Of a stretch of DNA of 64,000 nucleotides, positions 35,814-47,404 are shown piece after piece (positions within the stretch are counted from its first letter, which is position 1; each line of letters begins with the position of its first letter). The notes beneath the pieces were generated by a model. That model searched no databases, was not told the DNA's origin, and saw only the letters and a list, made by a program, of their open reading frames with translations. Source of the DNA: Camelus dromedarius (lineage: Eukaryota); NCBI RefSeq assembly GCF_036321535.1, contig NC_087436.1:70060001-70124000 (forward strand), in the 5' to 3' direction. The position numbers and the translations under genes were made by a program.

Positions 35814-38654
35814 AATCCTTTCTTTGGATATTTTGGATTTCATGGATTTGGGGGCCGTCCTTATTATTCAGAAGAGATGTTTGAAGATTTTGAAAAACCC
35901 AAAGAAGAAGATCCTCCTAAAACAGAAAGTCCAGCCACCGAACCTTCAACTAATTCAACAGTTCCTGAGACTAATTCCACCCAACCAAATGCACCCAATC
36001 CCAGAGGGGGTCAGAGTGGAAATGACACCAGCCCATCAGGAAACAGTGGCCAGGGGCCTAACACTGTGAGCAACCCTACAGCTCAAAATGGCCCTGTAGT
36101 TAATGTTTCAGGCCAGGGAGTTCCAAGAAGTCAAACCCCATGGGGACCAAGTCAGACAAATTTTCATGAAAATTATCCAAATCCTAACATTCGAAGTTTT
36201 CCTGCAAGAAGACAATGGCATCCTACTGGTACTGCCATGGGGCACAGGCAGAATGGGCCTTTTTACCGAAATCAACAAATTCAAAGGGGTCCTCGGTGGA
36301 ACTCCTTTGCTTTGGAAGGCAAACAAGCAGTTCATCCAGGATATCCATTATATCGCAAAGCTTATGCTTCTACTGCAAGAGGCAATGCTCTCAATTATGC
36401 AGGAAACCCAGTGAATTTCAGAAGAAAGCCGCAGGGGCCAAATAAATACCCTATGGGAACCAATGTTGCCCCTCTGGATCCTAAACATGGTACTGTTGGT
36501 GGTAATGAAAACATCCAAAATCCAAGAGAGAATCCAGTAAGTCAAAAAGAAAGAACAGTCACTCCTACAATGGATCCAAATGGTCCCTGGAGAAACTCTC
36601 AAGATTATGGAGTTAATAAATCAAACTATAAATTGCCTCACCCTGAGGGCAACATGCTAGCCCCAAATTTTAATTCTATAGATCAAAATTCTTATTACCC
36701 GAGAGGAGATTCCAAAAGAGCCCCAAATTCTGAAGGACAAATCCAAAGCCAGAATTTGCCCAAAGGGATTATTTTAGAGCCAAGAAGAATACCATATGAA
36801 TCAGAAACTAAACAGCCAGAATTAACGCAAAATACCTATCAGCCTGTGTATCCTGAGGGAATCCCTTCCCCTGCAAGGGAACGTTTTCCTACTGGAAGGA
36901 ATACTTGGAACCAACAAGAAATCTCTCCACCTTTTAAGGAAGATCCTGGGAAGCAGGAAGAACACTTATCTCATCTTTCCCATGGCTCAAGAGGACGTGT
37001 TTACTACCCTGACTATCGCCCCTATGATCCCAGGGGAAATTCACCATACCTTAGAAGTAATACATGGGGTGAAAGAGATGACTCACCCAATACAGTGAGA
37101 CAGCCTGAAAATCCACACTACCCCATGAACACTCCAGACCCAAAAGAGACGATCCATTACAATGAAGAAGACCCAACTGATACAACTGGGGATGAACCTT
37201 TCCCAGGACAAAGCAGATGGGGTGTGGAGGAGTCAAGTTTTAAAGGAGGCCCAACAGTTAGGACCTATGAAGGCAAACAACAATATACCTCAAATCAACC
37301 AAAAGAATACCTTCCCTATTATCTAGATAATCCATCAAAACCCAGGGAGGATCTTCCTTATGGTGAATTTTACCCCTGGAACCCAGATGAGAATTTTCTG
37401 TCATATAATATAGCTCCCACTGTACCACCACCAGTGGAGAGCAGGGGCTATTATGTTAATAATGCTGCTGAACAAGAAGAAAGCACTAGATTTCCTTACT
37501 GGAACTCCTGGGACCACAGGATTCAACCCCAAGGGCAGAAAGAAATAAGACCATATTTTAACAGAAATTTCTGGGATCAGACAACAAATTTACACAAAGT
37601 CCCCACTAGTTCACTACACCAGGAGAACAAGCCCTATTCCAGTAATTCCCCAGCTGGGCTTCAGAAAAATCCAACATGGCATGAAGGTGAGAATTTGAAT
37701 TATGACATACAAATTACTAGGTTAAATTCACCACAGAGAGAATATCTGGCTTTCCCAGAGTTAATTCCTCCAAGTTACCCAGCAGGACAAAAAGAAGCAC
37801 ATTTATTTCACCTAAGCCAGAAAAGCCCTTGCTGTGCTGGTGCCTCAATAGGACTCAAGAACAATCTACTTGCTCTGCAACACTACACTCCATCTTTTGG
37901 TCTTGCACCAGGGGAGAACCAAGACACCAGCCCTGTGTATACAGAAGATAGTCATACTAAGCATGCAAGATATACTACCTCCCCGATGAGTATCCTGCCT
38001 GGACAAAGAAACAGCTCAGAGAAAAGACTGCCTGGGGAAAGTCAAAACCCAAGTCCTTTCAGAGATGATGTATCCACTCTGAGGAGGAACACACCATGTT
38101 CTGTAAAGAATCAATTGAGCCAAAGGGGAATTATGCCCTTTCCTGAAGCCAGTTCCCTTCAATCAAAGAATATACCTTGCCTCAAAAGTGATCTTGGGGG
38201 AGATGGGAACAATGTTTTGGAACAAATATTTGAAGGCAACCAGTTCAATGAAAGAACTGTTGACCTTACTCCTGAGCAGCTTGTTATTGGTACACCTGAA
38301 GAAGGTCCCAAGCCAGAAGGAATCCCAGGTGAAGTCCAAGAAAATGAGGGTGAAAGGCAGCAACAAAGACCATCTAGCATCCTACAGTTACCATGTTTTG
38401 GCTCCGAATTAGCAAAGTATCACACCTCCAGCACTGTAACTCCATCTAGCATTGGAAGGCAAGGCTCATTTGATGGGGATCCAATTATGCCTACTGAAAT
38501 TCCTAACTCATTGGCCAGGTTAGCTACTGGGGCACAGTTTCAGAATATAAATGTAGACCCACTTAATGCAGATGAACAAACTCCATTAGATTCTCTTCAA
38601 ATAGGGGCCAATCCACAGGACCAGGTGCAAGACTGCTTACTACTTCAGGCCTAG
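35814..38654 (+). CDS. ENAM: ENAM large terminal exon, NPFFGYFGFHGFGGRPYYSEEMFEDF...QDCLLLQA* (946 aa); full protein about 1146 aa
   Basis: ctacAG|AAT in frame with 925-aa ORF 35877..38654; N-glycosylation sequons NST, NST, NDT of the 32-kDa region, RGD at 36702-36710 and six C-terminal Cys present; no frameshift or stop. Confidence 0.99.
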   Translation, partial: NPFFGYFGFHGFGGRPYYSEEMFEDFEKPKEEDPPKTESPATEPSTNSTVPETNSTQPNAPNPRGGQSGNDTSPSGNSGQGPNTVSNPTAQNGPVVNVSGQGVPRSQTPWGPSQTNFHENYPNPNIRSFPARRQWHPTGTAMGHRQNGPFYRNQQIQRGPRWNSFALEGKQAVHPGYPLYRKAYASTARGNALNYAGNPVNFRRKPQGPNKYPMGTNVAPLDPKHGTVGGNENIQNPRENPVSQKERTVTPTMDPNGPWRNSQDYGVNKSNYKLPHPEGNMLAPNFNSIDQNSYYPRGDSKRAPNSEGQIQSQNLPKGIILEPRRIPYESETKQPELTQNTYQPVYPEGIPSPARERFPTGRNTWNQQEISPPFKEDPGKQEEHLSHLSHGSRGRVYYPDYRPYDPRGNSPYLRSNTWGERDDSPNTVRQPENPHYPMNTPDPKETIHYNEEDPTDTTGDEPFPGQSRWGVEESSFKGGPTVRTYEGKQQYTSNQPKEYLPYYLDNPSKPREDLPYGEFYPWNPDENFLSYNIAPTVPPPVESRGYYVNNAAEQEESTRFPYWNSWDHRIQPQGQKEIRPYFNRNFWDQTTNLHKVPTSSLHQENKPYSSNSPAGLQKNPTWHEGENLNYDIQITRLNSPQREYLAFPELIPPSYPAGQKEAHLFHLSQKSPCCAGASIGLKNNLLALQHYTPSFGLAPGENQDTSPVYTEDSHTKHARYTTSPMSILPGQRNSSEKRLPGESQNPSPFRDDVSTLRRNTPCSVKNQLSQRGIMPFPEASSLQSKNIPCLKSDLGGDGNNVLEQIFEGNQFNERTVDLTPEQLVIGTPEEGPKPEGIPGEVQENEGERQQQRPSSILQLPCFGSELAKYHTSSTVTPSSIGRQGSFDGDPIMPTEIPNSLARLATGAQFQNINVDPLNADEQTPLDSLQIGANPQDQVQDCLLLQA

Positions 38655-39139
38655 GGATTATCTCAACCAAGCATTCTTTGGGGAAGGAAAATACCTGCTA
38701 TGCTACAGTGGTTTCCAGACATTTCCCCCACAAGACTCAATTAGTATTTCACTCTCTTGGAGATCCTTAAGTTTTTCCCCATTCCCACTAATAGAAGGTT
38801 GGGCCTCTGAGGGTTGCTAGATCCAGTACTGTGACTAATTAGCACTGACCTAAAAAAAAAAAAAACAAAAAAAAACAGCAGGAAGGCTAAGACCACCACT
38901 GCCTTGAACTTGGAAGCCACCAAGTTCTGGACTAGTTTCCCTTTGCTTGCTGATTCTTCCTTTTTCTCTCAAAGTTCCATACTTGTAAAATTGTCTGGTT
39001 TTGCAAGACGAACGGCATGAACTTTCCATTTTATGTATGGAGATCTATACATTAGTATAATCCTAATGCACTGTACTCTTTTTTTTTCTTGTGTTGGTCT
39101 TTGTCAGTTTTTTTTCCTGGTTAATATTCTCTTTTGGAA

Positions 39140-39500
39140 TTGTTTTTCTTTCACTACCTCTTTCTTTCTCTTTATCATTTCCTTTTTTATCTTCCTTCCT
39201 TCTTTTCTTCCTCAACCATTCTATATTTAGCTTTCTATTTTTTCCTTCCCCATCTTGCCCTCTCTATCACTTCTTATATACTAAGCTACCTTTAACCATC
39301 ACTTGTCTTTACATCTACTTTCTCCATTTTGTCTTCCTCTCTTCTCAGCTTTCTGTTCTGTCTCCCAATGTATCCCTTGTCAATCAACCCCTTTCTTCTC
39401 TAACTCCTTTCTTCCCTTCTATTTATCTTTTCCCCTTTACACCATTTTTGTATCTTAAGACTGCATCTCTCTCTCTCTCTTTGTATCTCCTCTAAATTCT
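39140..39500 (+). repeat. Long C/T-rich low-complexity tract in ENAM 3' UTR
   Basis: Very few G residues over ~360 nt; yields spurious F/L/S-rich ORF 39091..39495. Confidence 0.85.
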
Positions 39501-40593
39501 ATCCTAATTTTTCTCTTGGCCCAGCCTAACCATCATTGTAGAATATATTTCAGAAATAGTGGACACTGATACCTACTTTTATTTTTAATTTTCTTAAGGC
39601 CTTTACCAGGTAGACACAGCTCAGCCAGAACAACACAGTCAAGAAGAAGGAAGAGAGGCTAGTTACCCAGAACCAGTATCCTGGGGACAAAGCTTAGGAA
39701 GGTAGGAAGGGAAGGACTCCCTCTCTGCGACTGAGCATCCAAACAAAAAGAGCAGGACTTGCCATACCCCATCACCAACTCAAAATCTGCAGGATCTAGA
39801 GAATACATTTGGGGTAACATTATCCTAATCAAGTAAGAGAAACACGCGGTGTTTATTTTTCTCTAGTAGTACAGTATAAGTGATTCTACTGGTGTATGCC
39901 ACTACTAACATAAAGACTTATTTTTCATGTCCTGGTAGAATTATTCACAGACACATTTTCTTTGTATCTTGACTAAATAGTGTAAATTATTTTGTAAAGT
40001 AGATATTTCTATATTGCCTTGCTTAGAATACATCCAGGTGTTTTGTTCTGTTTTTATTAATGGCACTTTGGCCTACTCTCTGTATACTCCTTCTTAGAGA
40101 GGAAGAATTCTCAGAATTATCCAGAAAGTTGCCTTCTAACTCTTAAGAGTTTCTTAGGAGAAAATTTCCTGGGATAGATGTCACAAGAAGACATTTGGGA
40201 AAATATAATGTTGAAAACTTCCTGAAGAAAGGAATCTTGTCCTTTGAGTCTTCCCAAGTTCCTGGCCCAGTGTCTTGCATGTAGTAGATAGTCAGTAAAC
40301 ATGTATTGATTGATTGATCTTAAAAGTTTTTAAAGCTCCCTTGAAAATACAGTGTGCTTGTCCAACGGGTAAACCATCTGGGATGCTGAATGAGACACCA
40401 CACTCTGTAGCTTCATATATTCAGCAACATTTGCATTGTAGAATCTCGGGTAAGAAGAGGTCTTAAAGGTAGATTATCTAGGCCATCCATCATCTACTAG
40501 TTGCTTAAATCCATCACCACCAGATTTTAATCACATGTTGAAAAACTATTAACTTATTCTATTTAAAACTCTCTTAAGAATTATTCTCATCAA

Positions 40594-40599
40594 AATAAA
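40594..40599 (+). terminator. ENAM: Candidate ENAM polyadenylation signal
   Basis: AATAAA ~1.94 kb after the stop, followed by T-rich sequence; fits recalled ~2-kb human 3' UTR. Confidence 0.55.
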
Positions 40600-43470
40600 A
40601 CTACATTGTTATGTTTCACTACTTTTTTCAAATGATTTTTTAAACCTAGATATAAATACTGTCATTGTAAAACATTCATTCACTTCAATATTTCATCAAA
40701 ATGCATGGATCATGTATTTCTTTTGGCAGATATGTCAACAGATCTTCATCTATGAGGCACCACAGCTTTTAATTTATCATCTGAGACCTCTGTAATGTAA
40801 AATGTAAAGGTACAGTGGGACAAAAACATCTACTGAATTTGAGAATATAGAGTGAAAAACAGGGGGAGGGGACATCCCCATAGAATATGACTCTTTATCT
40901 CACCACCACAGGTATCCTTCTGTAAACATGGATACCAGAGCTGAGTTCCCTACAATAAGGAAATTGTTCTGTGTGCTCTTGCTAAGTTATTGATTACGCT
41001 TTTAAAGTCAGCTCTAAGATTATGGTGCATGCAGTGGGGATGGCAGGCCCTGAAAGTGATTCCCTCTTGTCTCAGTTCTATGTCTATGGTGAGGCCCTAT
41101 GTCTAGTGGTCATCATATGCTGATTCTAAAATGGGTGGATATATCCTGGTGATGACACTAGTTGATAAATTTAAGAAGAAAATAACATCTGAGGATGACA
41201 AATACAGGAGGTAATCCAGCAAGGCTAACACACACTTGCCTTATAAGCTTTTCTGTCTCAAAGCCTATGTTAGATTTCTCTAGGGGGTAGTTGGGCATTG
41301 ATCCAGTTGGCTGGAGGAAGTCTTCCATTTCTTCATTTTGAGCAAGAAGCAAAATAGGATGATGAAATATAGGGTCCAACCACTTGTGAAAAACTCAACC
41401 AAGTAGCCATTATCATAGATATCCTTCCCCTGGCTTTTTGGTTCCTCTGAACATGTTTTACTTTAGTCACTCACATCAGAGTCTTAACTTTATACATCTT
41501 TAAAGAAAATTCACAAGACATGACATGTGAGTTACTTTTATCATTTGTTTTGACGTATCTCTGCCCTCACTTAACCCACCCTCCTTCAGTCATGACCTGA
41601 AGGACACTAAAGAAGAGTCATCTTGCCCTTGGGAAACCAAACTTTATTTCTAAAAACCAAAAAGGGAACCAGAAATGTAGGACTTGAAATCAGCAAATCC
41701 CTTTACCCTTCCTTCACAAAACCTCAAATGTTTCACTGTGACTCAGACAAACTGCCCAAGTAACACTCAGAAGAAAACTGCACTTAGTAGAAAAGAGGTA
41801 ATCACCATTTCACAATGGGTTATTGCTATTGGCTTTGTCCACCTGTTCCTCCTTGCCTCTGCATCTCATCCCCAGCTCAATAACATCAGCCACTGGATCT
41901 TTTTCTCTCCTTTTGCATTCATAGCCAATAAACAGGATTCAGCTGGTAACAAATAGGATCTCATGCTGGAAGAGCAGAACACTTCAAATAAAGGAGCGAG
42001 AAGGAAACCAAGGTGTAATTCAACAAAGACATGATTGTGAAACAGATGAAGCTACTCTCATGCCCTGTTACCTCCCCAGTCAAGGTCCTCTGCTCTCATA
42101 GCACCCCAGTTCATCTCTCTGAGGACACAGCACCCTCCATTTCTGTGGTTCAGCAAACTGGGACAGTAATTTCCTCTGTATTTATCCAAGTAACCATGCC
42201 TCATTCCTTTCTGCACTATATAAAGCAGACATTTGTTATGGTTAACCTGAAAAAAAACATTCCTTCTCAAGTGCTGATTAATTTGTAGCCCTCCCAAACT
42301 ATCCACCATGCCTTTAAAGAGTGAGTGGATTCTCAGCTTATTTAGACAACAGTAATGGTAGAAAACTTTGTTTGGAGAGGACCTTGTCAGTCCCTCAGCT
42401 ATTAAACCACGCTGGAAGCTGTCTCCCCGACCTAGGATTCAGGCTGTTTTGACAATGATGCATGCTATACCAGTGTTTCTCAAGCATTAATATGCCCATG
42501 AATCTTGTAAAAGCGCTGGTTTTGATTCCCCAGCCCTAGGATTCCCAACTACCCTGAAGGCTCACTGCACTTCGTTTTTTACATTTAATCACTCATTGTC
42601 TTATAATATGTGCTGATTTTTCCCTGTGTTAGCTGTACTTAGAGAAGAAGGAAGAAAACTCCTAAAGAGTGAGGCCCAGTTCTTATTCAACTTCTGTATC
42701 CCTCACAGCAACCAGCTTTGTGTTGAGCACAGAGTAGATGCTGAATAAATATCACTTCTTCTTTAAACACATTTTGTAAATGAATATGAATTTAGATTTT
42801 CCAAATTTTTAATATAATTGATTAAAAATAAAAATGAATGATAATATTTTTCTAATTACCAAAATATACACTCATTGTAGAATATTTGGCAAATAATGAA
42901 AAGTAAAAGGAAACAAATAAAAATAATACATAATCTAACCATCTATAGTGGGATATTTTGGTCTATTTTCTCTTTTATGTATGTATGGGGGGAGTCTTAA
43001 AGTAATTATTTTATGAAATAGCCTACATTTCCCTCTTCACATTATATAAGCAATTTTCATACAATTAAAAATACTTCGTTTCATTTTTATTTCTTATGAA
43101 TTTTCACTATAATAAATAATGTTGTGGTAAATATCTTTATACCTCTTTGTCCATATTTCTGATTACCTCCTCAGAAGTAGAATTACTGGGGGAAATGGTC
43201 TGAAAATATATTTTAGGCAAGGTAACATACTGAAGAACATTGGCTTTGAGACTGAGTTTGAATCCAATTATCAGTTCCCCATATGATATATGTCAAACCT
43301 TAATAAGATTACTTTATCTTTTTGCATCTTAGTTTCATCATCTGTAAAATGAAGATAGTATTTATTTCATAGGGTACTTACGAAGAATAAATAAAATGTG
43401 TGTTAAAATGCATATGAATTGTATTTCATAAATCACCACTAGGTGGAGATGGAGGTTTATAATTACAAAA

Positions 43471-43667
43471 TAGTGGTTCTAAAGCAATTCCCAAGCTGCA
43501 TCACCAGCACCAGTGAATTCTGTATTATGAACCTGTTCGCATGTGATGCAGTTTCTCCTGCCGCATTACAGAACTACTTAATCAGCATCTTTGGGGTGGG
43601 GCTCAGCAATCTGTTTCAGTGAGTCCTCCAGATGAGTTTCATACAGGCTAAAGTTTGAGAATCACTG
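43471..43667. mobile_element. MER5A-like hAT MITE
   Basis: Ends agtggttct...tttgagaatcactg; internal aatcagcatctttggggtggggctcagcaatctg. Confidence 0.7.
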
Positions 43668-44519
43668 ATTTAATTCATGTTCACATTTTTCTCTAATTTG
43701 TTGCCTGGGCAGAGAAGAGCCAAAAGACAATTAACACCCAATACCAACTGTAATTTACAGGTTACTGAATGCTACAAAAGCTGTACAAAGTGATAAACAT
43801 ACATCATAGAATGTATCCTTAGTTTTATAAGATACCTATTTTGTCAGGTAGTTATTTGTATTCCCATTTTTCAACCTTACATTGAATGAACTTCCCCTTA
43901 GTGACTTATTATTTAGTCCCTAAGTACAGAGTCTGTATTCCAAGCTAGGCCATGAATTTACCCACTATACCACATTGTCGCCCCAAAACCTGTCAGTATC
44001 CTTGCCACATTCAATCATCGTTGGCTGGGAGCAGCCCATGGACCTCACACAAACACAAAGACAAAGGAGAGGCTCCTTTCAGAGCTGCCTCATCTGCATT
44101 GATCCCTTTTGTATCCTTGCTATACTGTCCACTTAAACATACAAATGAAACTAACAAGGTTTTAATCACTGTTCAGTAATTCTCATTTAAGAGTCACTAT
44201 CTACTCTGGATTTATACTGAGTTAATGCTTAATAAAGCACTTACATGGGTGCCTAGCACATAGTAAATGTTAAATTATTAAATGATAATCCTAGAGTTTA
44301 ACTGAGCTTCTGAAAGAAGGAATACTCAGGACTTTTAAGTTTGCAGTCCTCTCCCAGCTGGCATTTAATGCGGCAGTCGTGCTGGCACATGGCTCTCTCC
44401 TACAAGCATCTGCAACGTGGTACCAAAAATTTTTCCTATTGGGTATGCACAGAAACTAAGGCAGACAGGAAGAGAGTAGAGCAGCCTCTTCAGAAATAGT
44501 TTCCCCCAAAAGTTCTCAT

Positions 44520-44685
44520 CACGAAGAAAACAAATTGTAATTATATGAGGTGATGAGTGTTAACTAAACTTACTATGGTAATCATTTCACAACAGGTAAG
44601 TATGTGGAAGTCATTTTGCTGTACACCTTAAAACTTATACAATGCTGCATGTCAGTTATATCTCAATAAAACTAGGGAAGAAAGT
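44520..44685 (+). mobile_element. Old L1 3' end fragment
   Basis: gtaatcatttcacaa...ctgtacaccttaaaacttatacaatgctgcatgtcagttatatctcaataaaact. Confidence 0.75.
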
Positions 44686-45914
44686 CTCCTATCAAGTCTC
44701 ATAACACTTTGGAAACTATTTCTTTGTTTCATGCAATTCTGCCAAGTGATTGTAATTATGCATATGTCTTATTTCTTCAGTTAAGCTGCACTCATACTCG
44801 TTTAATTCAACAAATATTTACTGAGCACCTCTTTGTGCCAGACACCCCTCCTAGTGCTGGGGATACACCAATGGGCAAAATAAAAATGGCTGAGCTTGTG
44901 GAGCTTATGCATTTGTTGGGGGAGACAAACCATAAACATGATATTTACGTAAATTATATAGTCTGCTAGAGGATGACAAGTACATGGGAGTGGAATAAAC
45001 CAAGAAAGGGAATGGGGTTTGCAATTTTTTTTTTAACAGTCAGGGTGAGCTTCATGGAGAAGACTGTTACCGAACTGAACCGGGGTGCAAATGAGCAGAG
45101 GCCTAGTAAGTGAGTGGTGATGGTGACTATCTTGAGGGCACTTAACACAGCTTAATCACCAAAAATTTAGCAGAGCTCCTTGCTTATGGTAAATATTCAG
45201 TCACTGTTTACTGATTAAATAAAGTTCAAGGTTTTTGCTAAAACCACATACCAGATTGAAGATTGGTCAAGAATGATTTGTCTTTAGCATGTCAAAACTA
45301 TGATTCCTACTGAAGCACCAGAGTGTCGGAGCCTTATCCCTAAAAAAAAAACACTGAATAATCAGTATGAACACAGTGGAAGTTATTAAAAACGACTATT
45401 ACCATTTGAAAAAAAGAAAACAGAACAATTTCTCTTCAAGAAACTGCATTTCACTAATCAGCCTTCCATTATTTTAAATCCAGAGTCAGCATTTACTTTC
45501 CACAGTACCCTTAGATATATATATGCCAATTGGCCTTGGGTTTCTGCCATAAAAAAATTTTATGTGCCATGATAAACACTGTATTTGTCAGGAGGGACAC
45601 TGTCTTTATATTTAAGTTTAGTTATAAAATGACAAATCTACCTCAAATATGTACCTATTTGAATTCAGTGATTAATGCATAATTATATCATACAAACTGC
45701 TCCTCATAATATTTTAATTTACATATAGCAAAATTAACACAAGCAAACTTTTTCCAATAAATTACTTCACACAGGTATATGCTTATGAATCTATTTAATT
45801 GTTCAAACTGTGCTAGAGAATACATATTTTGGAATACATAATTTGTTAGATTCAGTTACAACAGAGATGATTTCCAATGGGAATTTCTTACACTATCCTG
45901 ATTATCAAAAAACT

Positions 45915-45920
45915 TTTATT
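45915..45920 (-). terminator. JCHAIN: Candidate JCHAIN polyadenylation signal
   Basis: tttatt on + strand = AATAAA, ~545 nt past the stop; an ATTAAA alternative lies at 45794-45799. Confidence 0.45.
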
Positions 45921-46465
45921 AAAAAACTGTATCACTTGCTCCCAAATCTGTTGTCAAAATATATTTTTCAGTTACACATTTAATACCATCACTTTCAGTT
46001 AATTGGTTTCATAAATATTAGAGAGCCCATTTTAAATGATTTAATAAACATTTCCAAAACGTGTTTTCCAAATATTATTTTTCTAATGAAGACAAATAAT
46101 TGACCTACATTTACATACAGATTTTCTCTACACAGTGATACTTTTTTTTAAAGAGAAGAATACAGAATGTGCAAAAGCTCAGGCTCTCCAGGGCAAAGCC
46201 AAAAAAAAAAGGGCAAAATTTAGTATGTCTTCTGATTTTTACTCTTTTAGTTTTATTTTCTCCCCTTGTCTTTTTTTTAATGCTAAAAATTTACCTAATA
46301 AAAATAATGTTACTATTTCAATTATTGGGTAGGAGGAGTTGGTTTTACACTATCCAAAAAAAAAAATCATAGTTTCAAATTCTTTGGTAGTAAATGTATT
46401 AACTACCTGGATCAAAATGGAGAGCCTTTCAAGATAAGGAGTTGTGCAGACAGCAATGACTTAAA

Positions 46466-46670
46466 TTAGTCAGGATAGCAGGAATCCGGCGTCAAGGCTG
46501 TTTCCACCATTTTGGTCTCACCATCATAGGTAAATGGGACCTTGTTTGTGTAGCACTTGTTTCTATCATAGGTATAGCAGGTCTCAATATCATCATCACA
46601 GAGATTGCTCTGGGTGGCAGTAACTACTCGATTACCCAGCTCCACCTCCGTAAGATCACATTTTTTACAG
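46466..46670 (-). CDS. JCHAIN: JCHAIN exon 4, CKKCDLTEVELGNRVV...ALTPDSCYPD*
   Basis: Acceptor (ct on + at 46671-46672); 205 nt; six Cys; C-terminal CYPD; ORF 46466..46708. Confidence 0.98.
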
Positions 46671-47323
46671 CTGAAAAACAAATAACACGCTTTAGATGCT
46701 GTAGACAATCCCCATCAAACGTTGTCTCACAATTTGAGTGACTACACATTTCTATCTAAAATCAGTTAATTCTGACAAAGGGTTACTCCTTTCAGACTTC
46801 AGCTGCTCTGTAATACAGAATCATTTACATAATTTTTCAACCTTTAGTTGAAAGTAAGCAATATAATTGATAATATGAGAATACAATTATTTGTGTATAC
46901 TATACAGCAACTTCTGCTCTGCTGGGTTTATTCCCAACTGTATACTAGGATTAAATGAGTTATTTATAGTAACAAAGAAGGAAGTTTTAGTTTGTTTTAT
47001 GTTGAACTCTATAGTTTCCAAAGAAAGACCTGCATGTTAATGTGTCTGAAATCCAGTTATTGAACTGTAAAGACAAACTGGCCCTTCCTATACTAACAGC
47101 AATAATTTCTTCTTTAGAATAAATTCATAGCTAACTTTTATCTGCGATAAAGTTTTATGAATTTATGATATCTAATAATTAACATAGGAGTTAATGTATT
47201 CAAAAGTTCAAATTATATTGGTAGATGTTTATACCACAATGTTTTCAAAAACATTCTTGCTAATAAGTTTGATTAAAAGTTATTGACTTCAATATCTATT
47301 TAGTATGAAGGAAAATCTCTTAC

Positions 47324-47404
47324 AGGTCGGACAAATGGTACTCAAATTTGGTTCTCAGTGGTGAGGTGGGATCAGAGATATTCTCCCTGTTGTTCAGAGG
47401 AACA
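47324..47404 (-). CDS. JCHAIN: JCHAIN exon 3, (I)VPLNNRENISDPTSPLRTKFEYHLSD(L)
   Basis: 81 nt between AG and GTAAG on minus strand; conserved NIS glycosylation sequon. Confidence 0.98.

Noticed and set aside
35814-38654. Possible ENAM pseudogenisation
   Set aside because: The frame is open end to end, all indels are in frame, and coding-exon splice sites are canonical
39033-39495. 134-aa hydrophobic ORF
   Set aside because: Product of C/T low-complexity 3' UTR sequence
41158-41379. 73-aa minus-strand ORF with a protein-like N-terminal half
   Set aside because: No family recognised and no flanking exon signals; a BLASTx would settle it
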